From assembly GCA_028534125.1 (NCBI GenBank), contig CM052816.1, positions 38,566,001 to 38,630,000 of the forward strand: a stretch of 64,000 nt of DNA. The letters run 5' to 3'. This DNA comes from Lama glama (taxonomy: Eukaryota). The position numbers and the translations under genes were made by a program. Of the stretch, positions 27,342 through 40,839 are shown piece after piece (positions within the stretch are counted from its first letter, which is position 1; every line of letters begins with the position of its first letter). The notes beneath the pieces were generated by a model, which saw nothing but the letters and a program-made list of their open reading frames with translations, ran no database searches and was not told the origin of the DNA.

Positions 27342-28776
27342 AAGAATGAATTTACTTCTGAGTTCCTGGTCTGTTTTATCAACCAATCTTTTTGTTACAT
27401 TTTCTTATTGAACTATCATTGGCCCATTACTCTTCCACACGAATTTTTAAATCAGTTAGTAAATATCTACAGAAAAAATACTTTTGGATTGTAATTGGAA
27501 CGGCATTGAATGTACCAACTGATGTGAAGGAAAAATATTACCTTCATAAAATTCACAATCTCATCAATAAGCATAATACATTTCTCCATTTTTCAACTTT
27601 GATGTCTTTTTATAAATTTCTTCCATTTTTCTCAAATGTTGCTTTTATATACAGCAACTTTGTGGAACTCTCTTAATGCTTCTGACATCTTAAATATTTT
27701 TCTTGATTTTGCATTTAGATTATTATGTTATCTGCAAATAAGAAATTACCTTTGTCATTTTTTTCAGTTCCTTAAACTAAACTTCATTTATTTTTGGTGG
27801 CTTAGTGCATTTTCCAGATTCTCTAATATAATAATGAATAGTGGGTGTAATGTGGGGATAACTGTCATATCCCCAAGCTTCAATAAAAATTACTAAGGGA
27901 TAACTGTCTCCCTCACTCCTCACATGTCTGTAGACTTAAAGTTTACAACACTATGTGGCTATTGCCAATGATGAGTTTAGAAGGAACTGAACATGCTGTA
28001 ATCAACCTCTTCTGGGCTATTCTTCCTCAAAACCACCTTCCTTTGCAATGCTGGGTTCTATGGTCATCTTTGTGGCACTCATATTGAGACATGCAGAGGA
28101 AGGGCCCTATTTGAGCAGCAAGTTCAAAACCGGAGTAAAGACTTACAAAGCCAATGTGGCTGCATACACAAATCATGTTCTCTAAGAATCTTTGGCAGTA
28201 AGAAAGCTACTGTATTTTAGTTTTATCTTTCTGCTTCTTGTATCAACTTATCATTTGTTTTTAAAACTAGGAAGAAATAAAAAGGCTGCTTTCATGTCCC
28301 AAAAGTAACACTGTACTCCTCCCCATTAGTTATGATTTTAAATATAATGCATACCTTTATCAGATTAAGAATGTTCCCTTCTATTCCTAATCTGTTAAAT
28401 CTTTATCATGAACAAATGTTGAATTTTACTAAGCGGTTTCCTACATTGACTGAAGTATTCATTTGTTTGTTATATCTCACTGTGCATAGGAATTTACATT
28501 GCATTCCCAATATTAAACCCTGCATAAAAGCAAATAGCCAACAGCAGTAATAGTTCGTCTAAGATGAGACTTATTGTTCTTTGAGCTTCTGAATAAAACT
28601 ATTTGTAAAACTGTTTGGGCCTGGTATCCTTTTCAGATGGCTCATTCTTACTACTAATTCAGTATAAACTGGGACTACTGATTATACACTTGTATCTAGA
28701 AAGCCCTTACAATTCATGTCAATTTTTGATGCACAAAGCTTTGTTGTATTTCTTTTTAAACACCCTATCTTTACTT

Positions 28777-29759
28777 TTTTTTAAACCTTTTTTATTGATT
28801 TATAATCATTTTACAATGTTGTGTCAAATTTCAGTGTAGAGCACAATTTTTCAGTTATACATGAACATATATATATTCATTGTCACATTTTCTTCTCTGT
28901 GAGATACCATAAGATCTTGTATATATTTCTCTGTGCTATACAGTATAATCTTGTTTATCTATTCTACAATTTTGAAATCCCAGTCTATCTCTTCCCCACC
29001 TCCCGCCCCCTTGGCAACCACAAGTTTGTATTCTATGTCTGTGAGTCTATTTCTGTTTTGTATTTATGCTTTGTTTGTTTGTTTGTTTATTTGTTTTAGA
29101 TTCCACATATGAGCGATTTCATATGGTATTTTTCTTTCTCTTTCTGGCTTACTTCACTTAGAATGACATTCTCCAGTAACATCCATGTTGCTGCAAATGG
29201 CGTTACGTTGTTGGGTTTTATGGCTGAGTAGTATTCCATTGTATAAATATACCACCTCTTCTTTATCCAGTCATCTGCTGATGGACATTTAGTCTGTTTC
29301 CATGTCTTGGCTATTGTAAATAATGCTGCTATGAAGACTGGGGTGCAGGTGTCATCCTGAAGTAGGGTTCCGACAGAGGCTTGATCTCCAGAATATATAA
29401 GCAGCTCATACGACTCAATAAGAAAAAAATAAACAATCCAATCCAAAAATGGGCAGAAGACCTAAACAAGCAATTCTCCAAGGAAGACATACAAATGATC
29501 AATAGGCACATGAAAAAATGCTCAATATCACTCATTATCAGAGAAATGCAAATCAAAACTACAATGAGGTATCACCTCACACCAGTCAGAATGGCCCTCA
29601 TTCAAAAGTGCACAAATGACAAATGCTGGAGAGGCTGTGGAGAAAAGCGAACCCTCCTTCACTGCTGGTGGGAATGCAGGTTGCTGCAGCCACTGTGGAA
29701 AACAGTATGGAGATTCCTCAAAAGACTAGGAATAGACTTACCACATGACCCAGGAATCC
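28777..29759 (-). mobile_element. Young camelid-type L1 with 5' inversion (twin priming)
   Basis: TSD cac(c/a)ctatctttactt at 28761-28776 and 29760-29775. Minus-strand 3' end at 28777-29371. Inverted plus-strand ORF2 piece at 29370-29759 with the CCHC region '[19 protein letters not shown]'. Confidence 0.95.
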
Positions 29760-30709
29760 CACACTATCTTTACTTATATCTATGTTTTATTTTAAAATAT
29801 TTCATTTAAATTTTTTTCTGTCTTGCCGTATTTGCACTTATTTTACTAGTCTTTCAAGGAACACGCTCTGGTTATGTTGGCTCATTTTTTTCAATCTGGT
29901 TGATTGTTTTCCATTTTATTAAATCTTGAAAATTCATAATTCTTCAGCCAGAGGAGGACTTTACATTTTTATTAGATATACATAAATTTAAGAAGAAATT
30001 TTCCTTCAAATCACTCTTTACATCCAATGAAATTTCAATTCTAATTCCAAAAGGATTTTTCTGTAGAATAAACTCTGAAGTTTATAGAGGTATAATAAAA
30101 TGACATGAACGCCAAGAAGGCTCATATTAGAGGGATTAAGATTCAATTAAGTGATGAGCTAGACAATAGTCTGCCCCTCAATTAAGATAAGCAACAAGTA
30201 AAGGGATTCCAATTAACATTTCACATCCAAAGTGAGTGAATGAAATAGAAAATAATCAACCAGCTATTTAGAATAACATACACATAGAACTTGACCTGCA
30301 GCCAATCTTTTCCTCCCCAAATGTCCATCAAAAAGGTATGTGGTCTACCAATATGACTGAAGCATGCATGCATCAGACTTCATTATTATGTTCATAGACT
30401 GACATTCCTCTTTCAAAGACAAGAATTTGGGGGGGAGGGGGGAGAAAGAACTACAGTTTAACAGTGATTGTCCAATGGGCCTTAGAATTTTAAGTTAAAT
30501 TTTACTTCCTAATATACACATACTGTTCTCTACTGAATGGATTAACCACAAAAACATGAGACTACTTCATAGTAAGAAGCAATAATATGTATTACCCACG
30601 AGCTATAAACCCTTATTTGTTTTTTGAATTGCTTTTGATCTTCTCTCCCTAGAGTTAAAATTCTATTCTTCTGATCCAGATTATATTTCTGCACAATATT
30701 TTTAGTCCA

Positions 30710-31207
30710 TGTGGTAAGCATAATAGTGCCAATGATATCCACATTCTAAGCCCTGAAACCTGCGACTATGTTACCTTACATTATGACAGAGATTTTCAAA
30801 ATGTGATCAAGTTACGAATCTTGAATTGGGGAGATTATTCTGGATTATCCAGATAACCCAATGTAATCACAAGGATTCTTATAAGGGGAAGAGGAAGACA
30901 AGAAAGTCAGAAAAGGAAATGTGACAACAGAAGATGAGAGAAAAAAGAGAGAGAGAAATGTCAAGATACTACCCTGCAGGCTTTGAAGATGAAGGAAGAG
31001 ACTAAGAAGCAAGGAATACAGGCCACCTCTAGAAGCTAAAAATGAACGGAAACAAACTCCTCCCTAGAGCCTGCAGAAGGAATGCAACCCTGCTGACACC
31101 TTGCTTTAAGGACTTCTGACCTCACAGCAGTAAGAAAATAAATTTGTGTTGTTTTAAGTTACCCAGTTTCCAGTAATTTGTTACAGTAGCAATAGGATAC
31201 TAATATA
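30710..31207 (+). mobile_element. MLT1D MaLR solo LTR
   Basis: 'tgtggtaagcataatagtg' start, 'gggagattattctggattatcc', 'gcaataggatactaatata' end; 5-bp TSD gtcca/atcca. Confidence 0.9.
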
Positions 31208-31374
31208 ATCCAAAACATCAGTTGTATAAAGATTATCAAATTTCTTCACATTCTTTAATTCACATTAATTTTGACTATAAGTCCATCTCTCAACTAGGTA
31301 GGCATGAAATTCAACATCTGGAATTCTTGCTGTCTGTGGCATCTGTCCCCACACGATGCTTCATGGTGTCCTAT

Positions 31375-31935
31375 AGAACACTGACAACACCAAATTCTAG
31401 GAAGGACATGGAGAAACAAACTTTTCTTCATTGCTGGTGAGAATGCAAAATGGTACAGCCACCTTGGAAGATAGCTTGGCAGTTTCTTACAAAATTAATC
31501 ATATGCTCACCATATGATCCAGCAGTCACACTCCTTAGTACTTCTCCAAAGGAGTTTGAAACTTATGCCCACACAAAAATAGGTACATGGATGTTTACAG
31601 CAGCTTTACTCACAATTACCAAAATCTGGTACCAGGATGTCCTTCATTGGGTGGATGGATACATAAAGTGTGTACATCCAGACAATGGAAAATAATTCCG
31701 TGCTAGAAAGGAATGAGTTATCAAGCCATGAAAAGACATGTAGGAACCTCAAATGCATATGACCAAGTGAAAGAAGCCAATCTATACAATCATACAAACT
31801 GTATGATTCCAATTATACAATATTCTAGAAAAGGAGACTAACAAGATCAGTAGGTGCCAGGAATTTGGGTAGGGAGGGGTGCATAGATGGAGTACGGAGG
31901 ATTTTAAGGGCAGTGAAAAACTCCGTATATAAACA
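31375..31935 (+). mobile_element. L1MC-like ORF2 end/3' UTR fragment
   Basis: 'ctgacaacaccaaattct', ORF 'MVQPPWKIAWQFLTKL...PYDPAVTLL', 'aagccatgaaaagacatg'. Confidence 0.85.
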
Positions 31936-32299
31936 TAAAGATATTTTCAATAGGGCAATTTCTTTGACACATAACATTCTGTCAGAGAATTTCCTGTTTA
32001 ACACAGCGGATTTCAAAGATCTATTTATGTTTATTCCCTTACCAGGGATGTATGGTATGACGATAACAAGATAATCAAGAGTTTTAAATCACAAGGGAAA
32101 AAAAGAGGAAACAACAGTGGACAATATACGTCAGTAAGTGTAAGGATATGGAAAGGAAGCGAATGTGCTGTGACATACTTAAATGTGTGGAGAAAACTAA
32201 AACGTCAGCATACGCAATGGGGCACACCAGTGAGACAACGTCAGCTTACGCTGAAGAATTCTGGACAGCCCTAGGAAGGCCTCTGCAAGTGGTGCGCTA

Positions 32300-34420
32300 A
32301 AAGCAGGAGTGTGCACCAAAACATCCTGCCCTTCAGACAGCCCCTCTCCTCCGGCCCAGACCCCCTACTCCAGACAACCAGGCAACCACTCCTGTTGGGA
32401 AGAGATGGAAAACTTAAGTCTAAAGGAAGTAACCAGAAAGGATAAAAACATGGGGGAGGCAGGGGTGAGGAGACTAAAGTTAAATTCTATGTACTGAACA
32501 ATGAGTTTCCAGCCCTCTCTCCCACCTAAACTCTCGTCATGCCAGCAGCCAGACACACTATCAGTGGAGTGAATTAATCTCTGAAGAAAATGCTCCCAAA
32601 AAAAGGCCAACAAGACACTTGAGGGGCCCAGAATGAATCTTCTGGATCTCTGTTAGATACACTTTGTATAAATAACACCTCCTCCACACACACACCATAA
32701 AGTTCTTCATCAGTTTTTTAGTCCTCGCTCCTAAATTTGAATCACTGCCAAAAACCAAGAGATTTGGGGGGAGGGGGGGAGGCCTTCAACATGAGAAAGA
32801 AATAGCCGATAAAAGGAACGTGGCAAAATAGAGAATGTAATGATTGAAAAAAAAAATGAGCGATAAGAGAAGCTATTTCATCCTTAAAAGAAAACAAAGT
32901 AAAAAAGGTGCAAGTATTTTTTTTAATGGGGTATACCAAACAGGAAGAGCACATAGAAATATTACAACAGAATAGCTTAAACGTAAGTTTTAACAGAGTA
33001 TTTGGAAGATTTAAATGAGTCTACCTTGCCAAAAGAGAATTAAAAAAAAAAAAAACATCAAGAAAAGAGAGAGGAAAAAGAAGCAGCAAGGATAAGAAAA
33101 TTAGATCAGAGCAAGAAGCCAAATATTTACCTAGCAAGTGTTCTAAGTTAAAGAGAAAAAAAGAGGAAACATTATTTAAGAAATAATAATATTTTCCACA
33201 ATTGAAGGTTAGTTATTAAGTTGAAAGAGACTACTGAATACCAAGCACAATGAACTGAAAAACACCCACGTTATGGCACATTACCACAAAATTCTAAAAC
33301 ATTGGTTTAAAGAGCTTCCATAGGAAAAAGTAAAAGAATATACACAAAGGACTGAGATATACATGACAAAACAATTCTCAATATCAACAAGGAGAAATGC
33401 CATAAAAGTCTGAGGGAAACATTTCAAACTATAGCTTTATAACCAACCAAACTATCAAGCAAGTCTGAGAACAGAATGAAAATATTGTTAAACATGCAAG
33501 CTTTACATTCTTCGCATGCTTTCCTAAAATGTCTACTAAAATGAGGTAGCGAACCAAGAAGAAGAAAGCCTAAAATCCAGGAAACAGGAAGCAAACAGAG
33601 AGATAAAGGGAATGTTCACAAACTACCGTAAAGCAATACACCCAGGTAAAGCAAAGACCCAGGACAAGACATGAATCAGCCTGAAGAACAACTAGTGCAG
33701 CTTGGAACAAGTAATAAGGTTTTCAAAGGAGTTCAAGGCTCCTGCACTATATGACTTGTTTGGAGTGTGGGCAGGGGCTGCCACTTACATCATCGTCTGT
33801 GTAAATGCATAGTCCGGAGTTGTGCAGCACAAGCCACGTTGTGCGTGCACTGAGCCTGGGAGGGCGCCAAGTAGGATGTTTCCTGGTTTAAAAAATAAAA
33901 TAAAAAGAAAGAAACTGATAAGATTATCTGATGAGTTTTACCATATAAAAAGAGATACCCAGAGGTGTTTCACATGTTCGTGGAAGAGTTTGGAAAGAAT
34001 CAGTGATAATTAGAGAGAAAATTTTTAAAGAGGCAATTTTCAACTCTAGGAAAACCAACAAAATCTACATTAATGGACAGGTGAGCAGAGTGTACAAGTG
34101 GAGTACCCTACCTAATGCATCAGTTCATAGCAATTACATAACCATTAATACAAAGACTGAATATTAGTTTAACCAAATATTATGATATAACTTTGCTGGG
34201 ACAATACCAAAAGAAAAAGAACACACATATACAAAACCCATTTAATTTAGAAATATGGGGTAACTATTAGGAATAAAACAACTGAAAGCATGGAATGTAG
34301 TTCCTCCAGGAACAAGATCTGGGGTGTGGTGCAGGCGAAAACTCATTCTAAACTTCATTTTATAAACCCATTTTACTTTTTTAGTAAGTAGATATTACTA
34401 TTACTTGGATTTTAAAAATA
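32300..34420 (+). mobile_element. HAL1 (half-L1; decayed ORF1-like region plus 3' tail)
   Basis: A-rich ORF1-like segment ('ataaccaaccaaactatcaagcaagtctgag') followed by HAL1-type 'cccaggacaagac...cagcctgaagaacaactagtgcagcttggaacaag'; no ORF2. Confidence 0.6.
33772..33870. mobile_element. MER91-like hAT MITE fragment inside HAL1
   Basis: GC-rich insert 'caggggctgccac...gttgtgcagcacaag...gtgcactgagcctg'. Confidence 0.45.
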
Positions 34421-37319
34421 TATTTGGAAAACAAGAATGTCAGACATCAAATGCCAACTGTTCCTGTTTTGATTGCAGATTGTGCAAGTAATATCTTATT
34501 CTGTTGATACTGCTTTCATGATGTGATCTGTGACATGGCACAGATTTGATCTGGTAGAGATTCATGATGAGGAAGCTATTTTTCTCAAATCCTAAATACG
34601 TCTTTTATTTTGTCTTTGTCAGTTTCTTTTAGAAAAAAATCAAAAATAAATAGGCCTGATTACAGTTTATTAAGAGCAGATGGATAATGTTCCCATTAGG
34701 AAGTGGATCAAATGGACGTAATTTTTTTCTCCCTTTTTATGTCCATCATCTGCAATGGATACTAGAACAGGCAGATACGTATATTCATAATGTGCACATT
34801 GAAAAAACAAACATTCCTAGACTATAGGTTCAAAATCAAAAAGAAGGGATTTTATTTTCCTTCCAGGGACAATAGACAAACGACAAAGCAATCTTCACAG
34901 TTCTTAATGAGATCCCAAGGTAATTGTGATGGTCTCAAAAGTGAAACAGTTGAATACCTGAATTTATATTAAATGTTTTTCCTAGAATCTTCTAGTTGTT
35001 TTTAACAAAGTGTTGCATACAGAACACTGGACAACACAGAAATAATGCATTTTTGCATTCTTGGGAACATCAAGATTTATTATCAGGCGTTCAGCACTGA
35101 TTAATGGTATCACAGTGAATACCAAAAGGGAACAAGGAGAGATTTGTCACTTATTATAAAATGTAGCCACATTTGTTTTAGTTTCTCACTGAGCGTCCAA
35201 GGAACCAAAGTCATTATTTTATGAATGAAATATCGAATGCCAGATATTAATAACAGGGCATCTAGAGCTCCCCAGTTCCCCTGGATTATCATCTATGCAT
35301 ACAATTTTGGAAGGGAATTGAATGAACTGTTTAGGGCTTTGGAATACTTGAGAGTGATAGCACTGCCTAGGGCAATACACTGGCCCCTTTAGGCGACAAG
35401 GTAATTGTGTAACTGGCAAATTCCCTCAGCTCTAACCTGAATTCCTCTCAATCCCAGAATTATTTTGCTCCTGCCTTCAATGAGCCAAAGGATAGTTTTG
35501 TTATGAGTGTATATTAATTTCGGTCTTCTGTATGACTCATTTTTGGTGCATTAAATCCTATACCTAGATTTCATCAATTAATTATATCTACCAGAGTGTT
35601 TCACTCTCTGATTCAAGGACATAAACTTCAATCGGTCACCACTAACTGCAGGTTACAGACACTGCTAACAGCTAAACGTAAGGAGGATGGTTGCATGCCC
35701 TTATTCAACAGCTGGTACTAACACAGGTTTTCCTTTTAAGTGTCTGATGTATGTTACTTTCTTAGACAAGAACTTGAAATGAAATGCAACTTTGTGGGGT
35801 TAAAAGATAGAGCTGTGCTTCTAGACCACATACCATAAACTGTTTTTTAAATTAAGTTTTGAAAGTGTTCCTGTTTGACTTCATAGATGTTTGAGTTGAC
35901 GTTTCAAAATGTTTATTTTTCTAGCCCTACTAAGGGTAAGTTTTCACAGCCTTGCATAAACTTACTTAGTAACTTTGTTTCTGTAAATATAACAGAAAGT
36001 CACATGGCTAAATTCCCACTTTTCATGCTAAAATCTTTAAACCAAATCACACACAACGAAGTAGTTTAAAAAAATAGCCTTATCAGCCACATATAATGAC
36101 ACAAAAAGAATTATTCAGAGTTTTTAATTACTTGTGGTACAATATAATTATTCAGCATATCTTTGGAAATAATCAGCAAGGAAATGAAACGATCACCTAT
36201 TTTTCAGAACGAGCGAATTCTCTATAGGGCATCACGACACTGAGTATTGGTTGCTACAAACACTGGGACCCTGGTAATTTCCATGATCTCAGTAGTCGTA
36301 TTAAATGTCCCCCAGCAACTAAGAAAAGCTACTACTCTTTGATGGTAAGGAGATCTCTGAGTTTGTGATAGTACTTTGTGACAGAAACTGACATTCACCT
36401 TGAGTCTCTAAAATTTTGCTGCTCTACCCCCCATCTAGTCCTAGAAAATTGCCCATCCTAGGTTGAATCTGTTGCTGCCAGCTTTGTACTCAGGAGTAAC
36501 TGAGATAGATGTACTTAACCATCTTCACTCCATTCATCTGAATATATTTGACAATGGGATGTGACCCAATGTTTGAATTTGTCTTTACTTTCTTTCTTTT
36601 ACTTCTTTTATACATAGAGAAGTACACTGACCTTTCTGTTTCATGTGTATTATTGCTGCACACATGCACGTGTGTGTGCACACACACAGTTTTACCATGC
36701 TGCTAATCTCAGACAATAGAGAGTGCTATGTGCAAGAATATAAACCAGCCCAGCTATCTGCCCAGCCAACTTCCTATTCTGCAGGGCCCATCCCCTTCGC
36801 TGTGAATTTGTTAAGAGGCCGGTAGGATGGTAAAAAGGGCACTTCATTCACTTGCTCTTGTTTATCACTAATTCAGTGATGAAAGGGAGGCTCCATAAGA
36901 GAGTCATGGTTACTTAGTAGAATAGATGAGAGTCCATATGGCAGAACATGAAGGGCACCATAATTTGGGGAGGAACTAATGCCTGCTGAAGATAACTCAC
37001 AGAGGATCAGGGCAAGAGGGAGCCTTAAATTTAATCTGGTCAAACCCACCATCTGAGAGTTCAATTCCTTCTGGAACTCCCTGTCAATAGTTGTTTACCA
37101 TCTTCTTAAAAATCTCCCATAAATTTGTGGGGGCTGAAATTGAAATACAGTGGGTTTAAGATTAATAAGAGATATAGGAGTTGAGGTGATAAATTCTACG
37201 GGAAAAGGAAAAAAGAGAAAAGATAATCTAAGGTGGAAAGACCGAGTTCACTAGCTCCTGAGGGAGGCCTTCTTCTCTGAAGTCTAGTTGTTAGTTCAAT
37301 TTGATACAAATTCGATCTC

Positions 37320-37720
37320 CTTGTTACTTCATTCTACACACATTGCCAAATACCTAGTATTTTCTAGGATTTGGGGATACAGAAACAATCAATACATGGT
37401 TTCTTTCCCCTTTAAGGAGCTTAGACTCTGACTGAGACAAATGCTGCATAAAAAATCATCTTGCAATGGGAGTGATAAGTGCTAAAACAAAGTGCTTACT
37501 CTTACAGGAGTAAGACAAAGGGAATTCCCAGCTAGGATGATTACACAGAGGAAATGAATCTATGAGCTGGAATATCTGAGGAGAATTTGCTAGTGGACAA
37601 AACAGCGGGATCAGGTAGGTGAGAAGCTGATGGAATTTCAAGCAGTGTGACCAGAGGCAAAAAGTCTATGACATGATTAGTGAATAGAAGTCAGAAGCCT
37701 GATGCGGCTATAGCTTCAGA
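37320..37720 (-). mobile_element. L2 fragment
   Basis: 'tttaaggagcttagactct', 'gataagtgcta', 'tgagctggaatatctgagga' antisense L2 motifs. Confidence 0.55.
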
Positions 37721-40700
37721 TGTATGGGGGAAGGTGGGGGAGGGTGCTGCGAAGGGAGCAGAAGCGCCATTCAAAGGGTATAGTACCCTAGGGAAATTCA
37801 GCTTGAGCAAGCCAACAATGTGCTTCCTGCTGTCGGGATCTGGGCTAAATAAGCAGCAGAAGACAGTTACTTGGACCAAAGCATTCACAGTAGACAGTGT
37901 AGTATGTTAGTTACCTAGAACAGTGATCGGTCCTATAATTGAAAAAATAGGAAATCAAGGAAAATGTACACAATATCTTAAATATTTCATTTTATACAAA
38001 AAAACACATATAATCACTATCTAATATTTTTGATGCAAGACAAGGTCTTTTCTTAACAAATGTATGGATCTGATTGTAATTCCCCATTTTCCTTCTTTCA
38101 TCTGACATGTTATATAAATCATAATAACCGATTTCTACTTAGTGTCGTTTAAGTGAGAATTTTTAAATGTTATCAAAAAACTCTGTATTTTAACAACATT
38201 TCCTCCAATTGTTTATATTTGGCTTGCTCACACCTAATTTGACAGCAAACACAGCATTTTTAGTAATTCACCTTTATCAAGCCTTTCCAGAGCATTCTAA
38301 TTAGTTATCATGGAAACAACTCTCTTTTCACACTCACACTACATTAACTCACAGATCATCAAGTAAATTATGTAATTATAATAATAATTAACACAATTGG
38401 TTTGGGAATACACTGTGGTAAGCATATAAACCAACTAGTAGTAGAACTATACAAACATACCAGAGAAGTCGAGCAGCTTAGTAGTCTGTCAGCCCTGCAT
38501 GTTCAGTAGGTCCGGGACAGAGGATAGCATGGTCTGTGGCCAGAATGGAGAGTGTTAGCTATTCTTCTGTCGGTTAAGTGCACAAGGAAGAATGTAGAAT
38601 CTGCCTTGAAAACCATTTTCTTATCTCCCCACCGTACATAGTTAGACATTTCAAAGCCTGGACCAGCCTTTTCAATCATGTATTCACATTACGTTTCTAT
38701 CAGCAGAAACCGTAATTTCAAAGCTTTGAGGCTCTAGAGATTTTTCAGACATCCTAGAAATGCAGCATTAGATCCCTAACATACAAGAAATGACATCTGG
38801 GTTCAGGTTAGAGGACTTGTTGTCCAAAGGAGTTCCATGTCAAGGAAACTAACTCTCAGTTTTAAAAAAAAATAAAAAAATTAAAATAAAAAGTAAATTT
38901 CAAAGGATTTATGTAGGATGCAAGGCAGGCAATCAGATTTCGAGTGAGGCAGAGACACCCAGGGAAAAGCCACTATCGCAGTACATAAAGGCTTCTCGTT
39001 CCTGTGCCAAACTACCTTTGAAGCCAAATTTATACCCCAGAAGATCACAGACTGATAAAGAAGGTATAAGTATTAACACCTTAGACTTGATAAAGGCCAC
39101 AAAGTTCACATGTGTTCCAAATCCAACCCCAACCACAATGACAATTCTTCACAATCTTAGAGTGTACACCAGTGGAAGACTTTTGTGGCAAATGTAACTT
39201 CATTATCCCCACAAATATTTTCACTAGGTAGGGGATAACAAATCCAAAATCCATAAAGAAGTTTTATGACTTGTACACTGGCACACACCAGCCTCAAAAT
39301 AATTTGAATAAAAATAACTCATATTTCAGATTCTTTACGATCCACAATGTAACTCTTGAAGCTTTGTTTCTTTCCGAGTTATTATGGAAAGCATCACAAC
39401 ATATTGTTATAAAATAGACTAAGATTTTTTACTATTCTGTGAGAAGATACTGTGCATTTAAAACTAAACTCAACTATTTTTAAAGAGTAATAAAGGATAA
39501 AGCAAATTATATATGCACATATATTAAAATATATAATGTATAAAACAGGTATTTTTATGCTTCCCTGTAAGGAATGCAAGAAAACTTAGGTCAGCGAGTT
39601 TGTTGTGTATAGAACTTGATTACATCAAAATAGCATTTTTTTTTTTTTAAATCATTTTAAGTTACCGGATAAATTAATAGTAATTTTTTCACAAAGAAGT
39701 GTAGCTGAATTTTAAGGAAAAAACTTAATCTGCCTTGCTATGCACTGCAATCATTTAGTGAGTGTTCCTGTTTCTTCATGAATATGATGCCCTGATGTAA
39801 CATTACATATTTAACCTACCACAACATCTGAAAGCAACAATAATCTATTAAAGAAATAGGGAAACTATGTATTTGGGTAAACACATTTCATTTGAGGGAT
39901 CCTATGTTTGTATTTTCATCAGGCAACAAGGTAAATATGTATCTAACATATTTTCTTTACAGCATACGTGATTCTCTTACTGAAAACCTTTAAATAGGAA
40001 AGGATACGATTTTGATTTAGTAAGTTTAAGTTATAAAGTAATTATAAACTCACTAACATGGATTTTCCATATTCTGGAATTGGATAAGGGGCAGTGTATC
40101 AGAGAAAATAATTAAATTTCACATGCTGAGCCAAAAGTGTCACTAATTTTGGTTAAAAAAATTTTGCCATGATTTTGGGAATACTAATAAAGCATCTATT
40201 TCACCCCCATGAGTAGGAGTATTTTAATTTTAAAGAAGTAACTGTATTCCAACTTGTCAAATATGCACTGAAGCTGGGCTTAATGCCCTAAATGCATAGG
40301 CTAGCTGTGAGGTTCTTTTGGGCAGAGACTGTTTTTCCATTTAGGCAATCCCTGAGCCTAGCTCACTTTAGATAGCTGATAGCACAGACCAATATGCTGG
40401 GCACACCTCATCTGGAAGTTAATGAATATTAGCTTTTCCCTATCAAAGGAAGAAAATCTTTCAAAGTAAGCAGTTAATATTTCTGTCCATCACAGATACC
40501 TGGAAATTTTAGCAAACACTTTGTGGTAGCTTCTAAGAGTATCTTTTCCCAGCAACAGAAATTTTAGGTGGTAAAAGGAATTCTAATCATGGGAACTATC
40601 TCAGCAAAGTGAGCAAATTAGTTGGAAGGAGCACAGGATCCCCGCTGGGATGAGGTAGCAGATAAGGTAGGTGAGCTCAGGTAGGTAGTTCCCGTAGGAA

Positions 40701-40839
40701 GGTAGGAAAGGCCAAGACTGCTGCCCCTGATTGTAACGTTTAGAACTTTTCCTGGTTTTCGAGCATCACAGTGTCACAACAAAGCACTACTGTAAAGATG
40801 ACTCTCCTAATAGTATGTAAGGTCTCTAAGCAGATGCAA

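Noticed and set aside
29381..29809. 142-aa ORF with Cys/His motif
   Set aside because: Inverted L1 ORF2 fragment, not a cellular gene.
34440..34600. Minus-strand ~49-codon frame after 'tttag'
   Set aside because: Upstream tract is purine-rich (poor acceptor) and the peptide is unrecognised.
40650..40710. TGAGGTAG let-7-like seed and AGGTAG cluster
   Set aside because: The rest does not match let-7 and no complementary hairpin arm is visible.
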